IMG/VR virus record: IMGVR_UViG_3300045391_006216
Location: 1-64,000 of that record
Source: a virus
Reading direction: 5' to 3' (one strand)
Length of the DNA stretch: 64,000 nt
In this document: positions 50,132-60,372 of the stretch, piece by piece
Layout: each line of letters begins with the position of its first letter
Numbering within the stretch: position 1 is the stretch's first letter
Notes under the pieces: generated by a model
The model's input: only the letters and a program-made list of their open reading frames with translations
The model's database searches: none
Told to the model about the DNA's origin: nothing
Program-made: the position numbers and the translations under genes

Positions 50132-50753
50132 GAGACATCCATTAAACTTTTACGAGTCGCCGTCATGGTTCACGACTGAATTACTGCGCTACGTGAAAAT
50201 TGAAGGAGTAGTGGGAGAACCGTGTGTGGGTGGTGGTGCGATCGCATCTCTGTTAAATGTGTGGCCCCACACCAGAGGCATCTGGACAAATGACATCGAC
50301 CCCAAAAAACAAGCTGATTACCATCTAGATGCAACGCTATCTAAGTCTTGGGAAGAGTTTCCCAATGCCGATTGGATAGTGACCAACCCACCATACTCAG
50401 AATTTGCAGCGCCCATCATTAAAAATGCTTACCAGAGAGCGCGTGTAGGCGTCGCAGCGTTTTTGTTGACTAGTTTTTTGGAACCCTGCGACGATAGGGC
50501 AGAATTCTTAGAGAAAAATCCGCCGAATTTAGTGCTGGTTTTTCCCCGATACTGCTTTCGCAAGGATAAGAGGGGTATTCGGTGGGCTACTGATAACATT
50601 ACTATCTCATGTTTTGTTTGGGATAAGCGATTGACTACACAACGTATTATCGTCCGTTCCAAGCACCAAATCATTGGGTTTTATAAAACTCCTGATGCTG
50701 CTATTAGTCAGGAAAAAGCGGAAGATATTGTAAGAGCGATCGCTGCACAGTAG
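50118..50753 (+). CDS. Amino (N6A/N4C) DNA methyltransferase
   Basis: FYESP, EPC.GGG, DID, IVTNPPY, FLE...R. Confidence 0.85.
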   Translation: MQVLERHPLNFYESPSWFTTELLRYVKIEGVVGEPCVGGGAIASLLNVWPHTRGIWTNDIDPKKQADYHLDATLSKSWEEFPNADWIVTNPPYSEFAAPIIKNAYQRARVGVAAFLLTSFLEPCDDRAEFLEKNPPNLVLVFPRYCFRKDKRGIRWATDNITISCFVWDKRLTTQRIIVRSKHQIIGFYKTPDAAISQEKAEDIVRAIAAQ

Positions 50754-50763
50754 AAGAAAATAA

Positions 50764-51504
50764 ATGCGAAAAATAATTGGTAAGAACCTAAAAGAACTCC
50801 GTGAAATGGCGAAAGAATATAACATTAAAGGTCGCAGCAAAATGAATTATGAATCATTGCAGCGAGAACTATGGAAAGTCGTTTATGGAGAAAATTATAT
50901 CCCTAAAAATAGAGAAGAATCATCTGAATTTTTGCTATTACATCCGAATCATCTGGTTCAAAATATCTCAGATATGTGGATGACGTATGGCGGGAAAAAG
51001 ATTGTTGAAGCCTTAGAAACAGTTAGTAGATGTCATGCCACAACATTGCATGAAAAGTCAAACCAAAATCCTGTTTTTACGATGTCTCAAGCATTGGGAG
51101 ATCAAGCATTGGAAGATATGGTTAAAGCGAATGTAGCAGCAATCTACTCTAACATTTCTTGCTTGTCTGTCGTATTACAAAATATTGAGAATCAGTATTA
51201 TGCTGAAAAATATTTAGAGAAATGGGAGGGAGATGTGCTTTATCTCGTTTCTGAGCAAGGATTTTTATCTGAAAATCAAGCTCCTTTTCAGTTATTTTTC
51301 TACCAATCAGGAAAAACTCGCCCTAACAATACCTCTGGATGGATATTGTTAAAATCTGGGCAAAAAGAATTAGCTAAAAACTTAATTAAGCAACGCTGGG
51401 AATACGATGAAAGTAGTGAATGCTATTGGGTATCAATTTCGGAAGTTGAATCATTAAAAGAATATTTGGATGTTATTGAAGTGAGTGGAGGCATGAATGA
51501 TTAA
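50764..51504 (+). CDS. Protein with an N-terminal Rho-N-like domain
   Basis: LKELREMAKEYNIKGRSKM...L. Confidence 0.7.
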   Translation: MRKIIGKNLKELREMAKEYNIKGRSKMNYESLQRELWKVVYGENYIPKNREESSEFLLLHPNHLVQNISDMWMTYGGKKIVEALETVSRCHATTLHEKSNQNPVFTMSQALGDQALEDMVKANVAAIYSNISCLSVVLQNIENQYYAEKYLEKWEGDVLYLVSEQGFLSENQAPFQLFFYQSGKTRPNNTSGWILLKSGQKELAKNLIKQRWEYDESSECYWVSISEVESLKEYLDVIEVSGGMND

Positions 51505-51918
51505 AGCAATATGACTTTGGGAACCTTGGGCAAGTTTAATCGGTATGGAAGTGAAACGATATGAAACCCGCTCTTGGGGCACAGATTATCGCGGTCGCCT
51601 GCTAATTTGTGCTGCCAAGAAAAAGAGTTCAGAGCAAAAATATGCCTGGACTTATTTAAGAAATAAGCACTTTGCTAACGAGCAAAAAACTTTTGAATCA
51701 TTACCGTTTGGGTGTGCGATCGCACTAGTTAACCTTGTCGATTGCATTCAAATGACCCCCAATTAATTAACCAACAGTCTCAAAGAGAAAGAGATTGTGG
51801 TGATTGGCAAGTAGGGAGATTTGCTTGGAAGTTAGAAATTGTAAGTTTGGTTGAAAATGTTTCTGTAATTGGGAAACAAGGATTGTTTGTAGTTGATATT
51901 GAATTGAATTACAAATGA
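51497..51918 (+). pseudogene. ASCH-domain pseudogene
   Basis: MIKAI*LWEPWASLI (TGA at 51512), ETRSW.T.YRG.LLI.A, a frameshift near 51760, then GDW..GRFAW.L...GKQGLF. Confidence 0.85.
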
Positions 51919-51930
51919 AGGAGGAATTGA

Positions 51931-52273
51931 GTGAAGTATCCATGTAATGATTGTCCATTTAGAAAAAAACGTGAGGTATGTACTTTGCACTGAAAAAGTG
52001 AACAGTATTTTAAATGCAATTACTCACGATGGCGCTTTCCACTGCCACAAAACTTTAGATTATTCCCAATCGTTTGAAGGGAAAGTTACCAAAGATTCAA
52101 AGCTATGTTTTGGGGCAGTATTATTCTTAGAGAATACTGTGCGTGGTGGTTGTCGGTCTAATGTGGCTTTTCGATCTGGATTAAGAGCAAAGGAATTTAC
52201 TCTTACTGATTTACGTCAAGATGCAAACATTTATGATTCTTTTGAAGAGTTTTTAAAAGGAGTTTCGCTGTGA
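51931..52273 (+). pseudogene. Cys-rich phage protein frameshifted at an A7 run (or a sequencing error)
   Basis: GGAGGA RBS and GTG give MKYPCNDCPFRK; one extra A at 51963-51969 shifts it from the frame carrying FHCHKT...C.G. Confidence 0.6.
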
Positions 52274-52327
52274 CTTCCTTGCAAGATAAATCAAGAAACA
52301 GATGACATACCTTTTTGAAAATATAAA

Positions 52328-52519
52328 ATGACGAAACGTTTTTTTGCTCGAAGAGTAAATGGCTTTTACGGAATATTTGATAAAGTTCAAAAAAACTTTC
52401 TTACAAATGAGCAAGGTATCATGTTTGGATTCAAGCGAAAATATGAAGCTTCCGCTTATATTCAAGAGCATGAAAAAGAGATTTTATCCTACATTGCGAA
52501 AACAGGACTTTCATCATGA
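52328..52519 (+). CDS. Small hypothetical protein
   Basis: ATGA coupling to the next gene. Confidence 0.55.
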   Translation: MTKRFFARRVNGFYGIFDKVQKNFLTNEQGIMFGFKRKYEASAYIQEHEKEILSYIAKTGLSS

Positions 52520-53490
52520 GTACTAATATTCAGTGGACAGATGAAACGATTAATCCAATAGTCGGTTGCTCTCGCGTTAGTCCCGGATGTGCAAACTGTT
52601 ATGCATCCACCGCAGCGGCATCAGCAAGACTGCAACAATTCCCCCAATATCAAAAAGTTAAAGATTGGGATGGTACTGTAGAGTTTGTAGAGTCGCAGTT
52701 ACTCAAACCACTTTCGTGGAAGAAACCCAAGCGGATATTTGTCTGCTCAATGTCTGACCTATTCCATGAAAATGTACCCGACGAGTGGCGCGATCGCATT
52801 TTTACAGTAATGGCACTGACTCCGCATCATGCATACCAATTGCTAACTAAGCGTCCTGAGAATGCGCTTCGGTATTTATCTGATTTGAAATTAAGATGGT
52901 ACGCAATTGCTAAACAAGCAATGCAGATTGAAGTATTGAAATCAATTCCTGCTGAATTTTACTTGCCTCTTGATAATGTTTGGGTAGGAACAACGATTGA
53001 AAATCAGGCAATGGCAGATAAGCGCATTCCTGTGCTGCTCCAAATTCCTGCTGCTGTGCGTTGGCTAAGCATCGAGCCACTATTAGAGAAAATAGCTTTG
53101 GATAGGTATACCCACTCCGATGGTGTTGGATGGTTTGGCAATCAAATTCGATGCAGTATATGTGGTAATGCAGGTATCCGCCCAAGGAATAAATCCTATT
53201 CTCGGTGCTGGATTTGCAGTATAGGCAAAATGCAAGAATTTGATTCAGGAATCTCTTGGTGTGTGATTGGAGGTGAATCTGGTAAAGGGGCGCGACCTTG
53301 TCATGTCGAGTGGGTGCGATCGCTTGTTAAGCAGTGCGAATTCGCCAAAGTTCCAGTATTTGTGAAGCAACTGGGAGCAAATCCTATTATCTGTGCTTCT
53401 CAAATGAACTTGTGCGACGCAAAAGGTGGGGATATTGCTGAATTTCCAGAAGATTTACAAATTAGGGAGTTTCCAAATGGGCGAGTCTAA
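52516..53490 (+). CDS. DUF5131 / phage Gp37-Gp68 family protein (radical-SAM-like)
   Basis: T.I.WTD.T.NP..GC..VSPGC.NCYA, FV.SMSDLFH, LTKRP, S.EPLL, W...GGESG..ARP, FVKQ.G. Confidence 0.92.
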   Translation: MSTNIQWTDETINPIVGCSRVSPGCANCYASTAAASARLQQFPQYQKVKDWDGTVEFVESQLLKPLSWKKPKRIFVCSMSDLFHENVPDEWRDRIFTVMALTPHHAYQLLTKRPENALRYLSDLKLRWYAIAKQAMQIEVLKSIPAEFYLPLDNVWVGTTIENQAMADKRIPVLLQIPAAVRWLSIEPLLEKIALDRYTHSDGVGWFGNQIRCSICGNAGIRPRNKSYSRCWICSIGKMQEFDSGISWCVIGGESGKGARPCHVEWVRSLVKQCEFAKVPVFVKQLGANPIICASQMNLCDAKGGDIAEFPEDLQIREFPNGRV

Positions 53491-53845
53491 GCGTAGAAAA
53501 CAAATACTTGGGGATAACTATGGAATTCCCAATATTAACGAACAAGTACAAGCATTTTGGGACTATATAGCTTTTTCAATTGAGAAAGCAAGAATTGATA
53601 AAGCCGACTACTTGATTACTCAATGTACAAACAACGATAGATATTTCCATCCAGATGCGATCGCGCAGGTAAAAAAAGAAATTGAACATTGGAAGTGCGA
53701 TTTACATATCCCAATTATAATTCAAATGTTGCCCCAAGGATTTAGACCTTCTGAAACTAAATTGTTTGATGGGTTTATTACAGTTTGGTGCAATTCTCCT
53801 GATTTTGAAATTTGGAAAGTTTTATTTGAAACTGATATTAAATAA
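53477..53845 (+). CDS. Hypothetical protein with an MGESKRRK N-terminus
   Basis: Start motif typical of small cyanobacterial/phage proteins; GGGAG RBS. Confidence 0.65.
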   Translation: MGESKRRKQILGDNYGIPNINEQVQAFWDYIAFSIEKARIDKADYLITQCTNNDRYFHPDAIAQVKKEIEHWKCDLHIPIIIQMLPQGFRPSETKLFDGFITVWCNSPDFEIWKVLFETDIK

Positions 53846-53849
53846 TAAA

Positions 53850-53876
53850 TAAGCGATGTTTATCAAGCATCGCTTA
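53850..53876. terminator. Hairpin at a convergent gene junction
   Basis: TAAGCGATG-N9-CATCGCTTA. Confidence 0.55.
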
Positions 53877-54058
53877 CTTCCCAAATTTGACTTTTAGCTA
53901 TTTCGCAACCTAAAAGTGGACTCTATCATTTTGCCATAAAAAAGCGATCGCTCCTGATTTATGCGATCGCTTTGTTTATATCCCAAAGATATAGATATGT
54001 CTTGCCACGATAACAACTCAATTAGTATACTTTAAATCACATGATTACCGCAAATTTA

Positions 54059-54424
54059 TTAACCATAATTTCCAAAATCTCCTCCAGAACCATAATCGGA
54101 CATTGTACCGGAATCGCCACCAGAACTATAATCAGATGTTGTGCTGTAATCCGAGCTAATTCCAGAACTAATTGCAGCATTGTTAATGATTTCTGTGCTT
54201 AAATCCGCACTGGTCGTTGTTGGTGAAGAGTAATAAGTACCAGATTGCTTTTTTTCAAATCGTTTACTTCGTTTTACAACTTCATCAGCGATATCAGTAT
54301 TATTATTTGCTAATTTTGTATTTTCCCCGGCACTATCAACACCCATGAATATCATGGTTATAGCAATTGTAAACATTACGATTAAAATTGTAATTACTAA
54401 AGCTGTTACTTCTTGGTAGCTCAT
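54059..54424 (-). CDS. Single-pass membrane protein with a Ser/Gly/Asp-rich tail
   Basis: Hydrophobic N-terminus; SDYSSGGDSG repeats; GAGG RBS. Confidence 0.75.
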   Translation of the reverse strand: MSYQEVTALVITILIVMFTIAITMIFMGVDSAGENTKLANNNTDIADEVVKRSKRFEKKQSGTYYSSPTTTSADLSTEIINNAAISSGISSDYSTTSDYSSGGDSGTMSDYGSGGDFGNYG

Positions 54425-54732
54425 TTTTGATTACCTCATTACTTTTCTCTAAGAAAATCCTCGTAAGCCTCTGTTAGTTTTTGGGTAAAATTCAGATGCG
54501 ATTGCGTTAATCTATCAACAATGCGATCGCACTATATTTATTTATCCAATAAATGAGTTCCCAGAGTACCTTCGGACTCTCTGCGATTCCTGCGAGATCT
54601 ATGTTTTTTATTGTTGGTAGTGATGATGGTTCTGGGTCGAAATACAAAGTCACTATTCAAATTGAAGAAGTTTAGATAAGTTGTCAGGTGCGATGCCTGC
54701 GGCGGGCTATGCCTACGCACTTTCATCCACGC

Positions 54733-55174
54733 TTACCAGCGGCCCAACAACCCACCTTCTATAAAATAATCTCTGAGTTCTTGCTCGGTTCGCCCAGAGA
54801 AAAATAGTTGAATGTCGTTGGAATTGGTAATCTGAGCTTGTGTCTCAAAGCTCCATAGTGGCGTACTCCTCATTTTTTCCATGATGCTTCTAGCAATTGG
54901 AAACACGCTCAATGTTTCTCCAGTTACGCCGTGTTTTTCATTAATAAAGGGTATGCTGCGATCGCTGACTACCGCTTCACCATTTGCGCTAATTTCTTCA
55001 GGTGTTTCAAATTGCCCCAAATATAAAATTAACCCAAATAGTTTGGGATGTCCCGCATACTCAAAACTAAAAAATATTGGTTCGTCGTTAAACTCTAATC
55101 TATTAAGGTTGGATTCTGCTAATCCAAATCCATATAAAGTTCCACCATTTTGCATCTTAGCAGTGAATTTAAGC
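54733..55174 (-). CDS. Hypothetical protein (likely starts at MLKFTAK; the upstream part looks like a separate gene remnant)
   Basis: 3' part of the 219-aa ORF; its 5' end overlaps ORF 55260-55730. Confidence 0.5.
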
Positions 55175-55259
55175 ATATTTTTTACCCAGTATGGATGCTT
55201 GGGAGGAAATTGTACGGGACGAGGATCTTCAGAATTTGTTCTAAACCTGATTCTCAGCA

Positions 55260-55730
55260 TCAATACAACTTCCTGTACAAATCGCCAATTTTTGTTGGGT
55301 CTTGTTGGCTCAAGGGAGTGCCACCAAGTCTTATTTCCAATTCTTTCAACCGAGAAAATGCTTCTTCCGTGCTTACTGATTCCATACAGCAAGGGGATTT
55401 AACTGCGATCGCACCAAAATTCTTCTTTAATATTTCTACAATTTCGTTGCGCGTGTAACCGTGAATTAAATAATTTGAATGCGGGTATTCCAGTGGGGGA
55501 TAACCAAGTTCTTGTCGTATCTTATTAACATTTTGAGCTTTTGGGAAAAACTCCAGTATTTGCAGTATATCCCCTTGGCCCATCAAATTTGAAAACAACA
55601 AATGTAGTGAAATACGACCACCAAGGCAAGCGGGTGGAGTATCTTCACTATGAACTGCCACGCCACTGTTTTCGTTTAACCAGTTAATAGCGTTAGGGTA
55701 ACAATCAAATTTAAAAACTTGGAGTTCCAT
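55260..55730 (-). CDS. Hypothetical protein
   Basis: 156-aa ATG ORF. Confidence 0.6.
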   Translation of the reverse strand: MELQVFKFDCYPNAINWLNENSGVAVHSEDTPPACLGGRISLHLLFSNLMGQGDILQILEFFPKAQNVNKIRQELGYPPLEYPHSNYLIHGYTRNEIVEILKKNFGAIAVKSPCCMESVSTEEAFSRLKELEIRLGGTPLSQQDPTKIGDLYRKLY

Positions 55731-56430
55731 AGGTTTATTCTGAGGGGAAAGATTTTACTTCGTCGGGTTTAACTTGATATTTTAGTGTTTTAATTGTAGA
55801 TGCGAATACTGCGATTGTGTTTCAGAACTAAGCTATTTTCATAGTAAAATGATTATAATGCGACAAGCCTCTGCTGAACACAAATACACTTTAAATCTCA
55901 TACTCTAATTAGTTGGGAATCTCAAATTAAAGAAATAGAAGTGATTGCAAGTAGTGATGCTTCATGAGGCATCATTGTGGATTATTTTTCTTGCAAATAA
56001 GCTTCTTCCTCGTCACACCATTTTTTCAACTCTTCGAGTATTCGCTGTTTAACTCCGCCAGATTTTTCACTTTCTGCTATTCCTCTGCGAATAACTAAAA
56101 TTACTTCCTCTAAATCTTCCTCTGGTACGCTTAAAATCTCATTTGCCATTTATTAAACTCCTAAATTACTATCTTTCTTCACCGGACACCAATTGATAGA
56201 GCCGATATCTTCATATTATCCTTTTCTGGTTCGTAAACTTTATAGTCTTCACCATCCTCGTTCAATTCTGGCAGCTTTTAGCCCATTTTTTCAATTGTTT
56301 AACCGTTGTGTTGTGATTTTCCCATTTGATTACTCCAGTTTAAAATCTGTAATTCGGGTAGATAGCATTTTTGGTGGTTAATTGTGTAGTTAATCTTTAT
56401 AATAGGCTAGCATTGATAGTCACTATTAAC

Positions 56431-57975
56431 ATGAAATTATCTTCTTTACGTAGATCACTTGATAGAGGTAAAAAAGAAGAGCGAGGGGTTTCCACTGTAG
56501 AAAAATTAGAGAAGTTGTGGAAACCCCAAGAGGGGCCGCAGACTCAGGCTTATTATCATCAGGCAGATGAACTCCTGTATGGAGGAATTTTTTTATTTAT
56601 AAATAGATAAATCAGGTATCGAGGAGCGGCAGGAGGTGGAAAAAGCGCGTTACTTTTAATTCTTGGTACTACTGCCCAAAAACGAGCCATCATTTTTAGA
56701 CGCGAATATCCCCGGTTAAAAGACTTAATTGAAAAAGCCCGAAGTTTACTTGCGGGAATTGCCAGATATAACAGCAACGATAAAATCTGGCGTGGCATTC
56801 CAGGCGATCGCACTTTAGAATTTGGTGCAGTACAACACGAACAAAGCGTGGAGGCGTACCGGGGAGTAGAACATGACGGTAAATTCTTCGATGAATTGGG
56901 CGAATTTACCAGAAAACAATATGAATTCCTGATTACCTGGAATCGTTCATCTGACCCATCAGTTAAATGTCGGGTCGTGGCCACTTGCAACCCTCCCAGT
57001 GAAGAATCCGCAATGTGGATTAAAGAGTACTGGGCAGCATGGCTCGACCCCAATCACCCAAACCCAGCTGCTCCAGGCGAAATCAGATGGTACGCCATGA
57101 TAGATGGTGAGGAGAAAGAATTAGAGTCGGGCGAACCATTTGAACACGATGGGGAAATGATTCAACCGCGATCGCGCACCTTTATCCCATCCCGACTAGA
57201 AGATAACGCTTATCTAAGAAACTCGAATTATCGCTCAGTACTGCAAAGATTACCAGAACCACTGCGATCGCAGTTATTGAGAGGTGATTTTGGTACGGTT
57301 GCAAAGGTAGACCATCCTTGGCAAGTCATACCGAGCGCTTGGGTGGATGCCGCTGTTAAACGCTGGACGCCCGTACCCAATGCCCCGCAATCTCATTTGG
57401 GCGTAGACGTAGCTAGGGGAGGACGAGATGAGAGCATAATCATCTCTCGGCATCACTACTGGATAGCTCCAATTATTGCTTTGGCAGGTAAAGAAACGCC
57501 AGATGGCGATTCGTTAGCCGACCAGATAGTGGTAGCAAGGAAGTCAGCAAAAGTTGAAATTAGGGTGGATACGTTGAATGTTGGGTATGCGGTAGTGGAC
57601 GCCCTAAATCGCCGGGGAACAAAATTGGTGTTTGGGTTGAATGGGGGAGGGTCTACAGATGCTTTAGATAAAAGTGGATTGTTGAAGTTTTTTAATTTGC
57701 GATCGCGCTGGTGGTGGCATCTAAGGGAACTCCTCGACCCCGCCAATGGGTATAATGTAGCGCTGCCCAACGACCCAAAACTAATTGCCGACCTCACTGC
57801 CCCCAGATGGAGTCGTACCGGGTCTAGGAATAAGTTTGGTGAGATTCGGGTGGAGAGTAAAGAAGATATTATTAGAAGACTTGGGCGCAGTCCCGACAGA
57901 GGCGACGCTCTCGCTTATAGTTTCGCAGAAGATGTGGACGATGCTAGCAGTTATGATTGGTTGAATCAGTTGTGA
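56431..57975 (+). CDS. terL: Terminase large subunit interrupted by an in-frame 39-nt insert containing a stop codon
   Basis: P.EGPQ...ADELLYGG / AAGGGKS Walker A, IFRR.YP.L, FDELGEF Walker B, TCNP, GVDVARGG.D, SPDRGDA; both halves are in the same frame, TAA at 56608. Confidence 0.9.
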
Positions 57976-58009
57976 CAACCTTGATAGTTGAAATTATGGA
58001 GATAGTAAA

Positions 58010-58450
58010 ATGAGAGAGTTTAAAACTTTTCAGATATACGATGACGGGGATTTGCACCCAAGTGACTCAATGGCTGATGGTGTAATACTTCCGAATGGAC
58101 AAGTTGCACTAGAATGGCGTGGTAACAATCGCACATTCAATCTTTATCCCAGTATTGAAGCACTGCAAGCAATCCAAGATAAGATAGGGAGAAAAATATT
58201 TTTTGGTGGATTTGCACCTGACGGTTATCATCTCACAACTTTTAAATTAGTACGTAAAGAAGATGTGACTGGTGTCAGTGGAACAGGAATTGTTGCTTTT
58301 GGGTGTAATCTTGGGATTGGTGCGGTTTTACAATGGAATGGTGAGATTGCTTCTATTGCCTACTATCCCGAAGGTGTTAGCCAAATAGAAAAACTGCACG
58401 GACATGGAAATAAAACAATAATAGAAGAAGACGTTACACCTTCTTGGTAA
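58010..58450 (+). CDS. Phage protein with two related internal domains
   Basis: F.L.R.EDVTGVSGTG.VA.G ... HGH; a degenerate copy at the N-terminus. Confidence 0.7.
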   Translation: MREFKTFQIYDDGDLHPSDSMADGVILPNGQVALEWRGNNRTFNLYPSIEALQAIQDKIGRKIFFGGFAPDGYHLTTFKLVRKEDVTGVSGTGIVAFGCNLGIGAVLQWNGEIASIAYYPEGVSQIEKLHGHGNKTIIEEDVTPSW

Positions 58451-58535
58451 TCCTGAAGATGGTTGAAATATGAATTTTTTATTTATTACCACTTTCGGAT
58501 TCGCTTTTGCAGCAATGATTCATTAGTCACGTAAG

Positions 58536-59024
58536 TTGGAGAATCAATTGCATGAGCTAGGTTCTAAGATTAAATTCTATGAATTTAAAGAGATGAAAAA
58601 TGGCATTTATCTAGGATTTGAAGATTTACCAACAATACCCGATGCTCATGTGTGGGCTAACGAGTTTATAAAAATAACTCAGCAAAATCCAGCGATCGCA
58701 CTTGACCTGCAAGCTATGGAAGCGTGGTTTGCAAATTCAATCATGGCTGGGTATGATTTAGCTCAAAAGGAATATCAACAACAACGAGATATTGCCCAAT
58801 CCGTAGATAAATTGCTCAAAATAAACAACACAATACAAGCAATACTGTTGGGAATTGAACTTGTAACAAAATATCAAAAAGATGCTCCAATAGATGCACA
58901 GCATGGAATTATTTTTATTGGTAATCATGAAAGAACTCATGCATTAATGTCAGAAGAAGAGCGAGCGTTTATGAACAACTGGGGGTGGTTCCAAAAATAT
59001 AAAGCATGGGCAATTCGCGTTTAA
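58536..59024 (+). CDS. Hypothetical protein
   Basis: DA..WA.EF...WFANSIMAG.D. Confidence 0.6.
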   Translation: MENQLHELGSKIKFYEFKEMKNGIYLGFEDLPTIPDAHVWANEFIKITQQNPAIALDLQAMEAWFANSIMAGYDLAQKEYQQQRDIAQSVDKLLKINNTIQAILLGIELVTKYQKDAPIDAQHGIIFIGNHERTHALMSEEERAFMNNWGWFQKYKAWAIRV

Positions 59025-59040
59025 AATTTTGGACATATCT

Positions 59041-59428
59041 TATGAATTGGGTGAATTTTGAAGAAATAGACATCAAGACTGGCGACATTTTAGAATGCCC
59101 CGCAAATCGCTATGTATTTGTCATTACAGTAGATAGCGAGTTAATTCAAATGCTTTCTTATGTTCCAGAAAATAACTTTGGATACAACTTATTTATTGAA
59201 TCTCTTGCTTTCCCAATTTTATGGGAAAACTATAGGATACTAGCAGGCGAAGAAAAAAATGAGATTACACGTAACATTTTATCTGCGATTTGTTACAAGC
59301 GTAATTTATTATCTGCCGATATGGAATTGTACAAAAACTTGAATGAAGTTGTTGCCATATCTAATACTCTAGATAATTATAAAAATAGAAAAATTCAATT
59401 AGAAGCAACTCGCAATAATCTCATATGA
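59041..59428 (+). CDS. Hypothetical protein
   Basis: Operon context; start uncertain (ORF track 59006, internal ATG about 59042). Confidence 0.5.
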
Positions 59429-59721
59429 ACTATTTATGGATAATAACATTTACATTTGCTTTTTGTGCAATGCTTTTCTTGTCACATAAAATTGAAAAAC
59501 AACTACTCGCACTCAAGCACAAGCAATGCCAAAACTATACTTATAAAGTAGTAAATGAAAATTCTTATTTAATTACACCTTGTCCCGCTAATTATGTAAT
59601 TCTTGAGAATTTATCAAATGTAGTTTGGGTAGCACGCGATAGTGATAATTTGCTGATTAAAGCTGAAAGTCGTCAAGCTATCGAAGATTTAATAATTGCA
59701 CTTAATAGTACTTATTTTTAA
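59425..59721 (+). CDS. Small membrane-anchored hypothetical protein
   Basis: Hydrophobic N-terminus; ATGA overlap. Confidence 0.55.
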   Translation: MNYLWIITFTFAFCAMLFLSHKIEKQLLALKHKQCQNYTYKVVNENSYLITPCPANYVILENLSNVVWVARDSDNLLIKAESRQAIEDLIIALNSTYF

Positions 59722-59722
59722 T

Positions 59723-59917
59723 ATGCTAGAACTACGAGACAGAGTTAGGATTAATCAGTTAGATCAGAAAAAATTCAGCCATCAAATTGCTGCCTACGGC
59801 ATTAGTGAAGGAGTAGTAGAAGGGCTGCATGATTTTATAATTTCGGTTGCTTTTGAGACTACTCAAGGAAAAATACATAGAAAGGATATTCAGCGTATGT
59901 ATTTAGAGAAACTATAA
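59723..59917 (+). CDS. Small hypothetical protein (SH3/KOW-like)
   Basis: MLELRDRVRI...EG.V. Confidence 0.5.
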   Translation: MLELRDRVRINQLDQKKFSHQIAAYGISEGVVEGLHDFIISVAFETTQGKIHRKDIQRMYLEKL

Positions 59918-59919
59918 AA

Positions 59920-60372
59920 TTAAGCGCCGATTTTCCAAATAACTAATTTTTCTAAATATTTGTAATAAGTATCAATTTCTGCGATCGCACTAATTAAACT
60001 TGTCTGTCTAGAAAGTGGGTTAGTAATTTGAGTTAAACATGGAATAACGCTAAATTCCAACACTGGGTAAGGAGCAGAAACCTTTTTCGTGGATAAAATA
60101 TAAGAGCGGAGATTGTTTCTGTCTACTAGGTTATTACATTCTGTTTCCAAAGCTTTAGCTGACTCCAACAACATTGTTTCAAAATCAATTTTTCCATGAC
60201 GCCAATAATTTAAAAACCTCATAATTGTAGGATTTTCTTCAGAAATTGCAAATAATACGTAAGGATTACTCATTTGGATAGTGTAGTAAATTTTGCCAGT
60301 ATAACTAAAATTCAATCTTTGAGTGGTTGTTTGTGTGGTATGGCGATCGCTATGAATTACTAGTACTGCCAA
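59920..60372 (-). CDS. Hypothetical protein
   Basis: ORF; start uncertain. Confidence 0.5.
   Translation of the reverse strand: MAVLVIHSDRHTTQTTTQRLNFSYTGKIYYTIQMSNPYVLFAISEENPTIMRFLNYWRHGKIDFETMLLESAKALETECNNLVDRNNLRSYILSTKKVSAPYPVLEFSVIPCLTQITNPLSRQTSLISAIAEIDTYYKYLEKLVIWKIGA

Noticed and set aside
56587-56625. Group I/II intron or simple frameshift in terL
   Set aside because: 39 nt is too short for a self-splicing intron; both halves are in the same frame and all three frames hit stops
56559-57053. Minus-strand ORF crossing the terminase insert without a stop
   Set aside because: Antisense to terL with no recognisable motif; probably a codon-bias shadow
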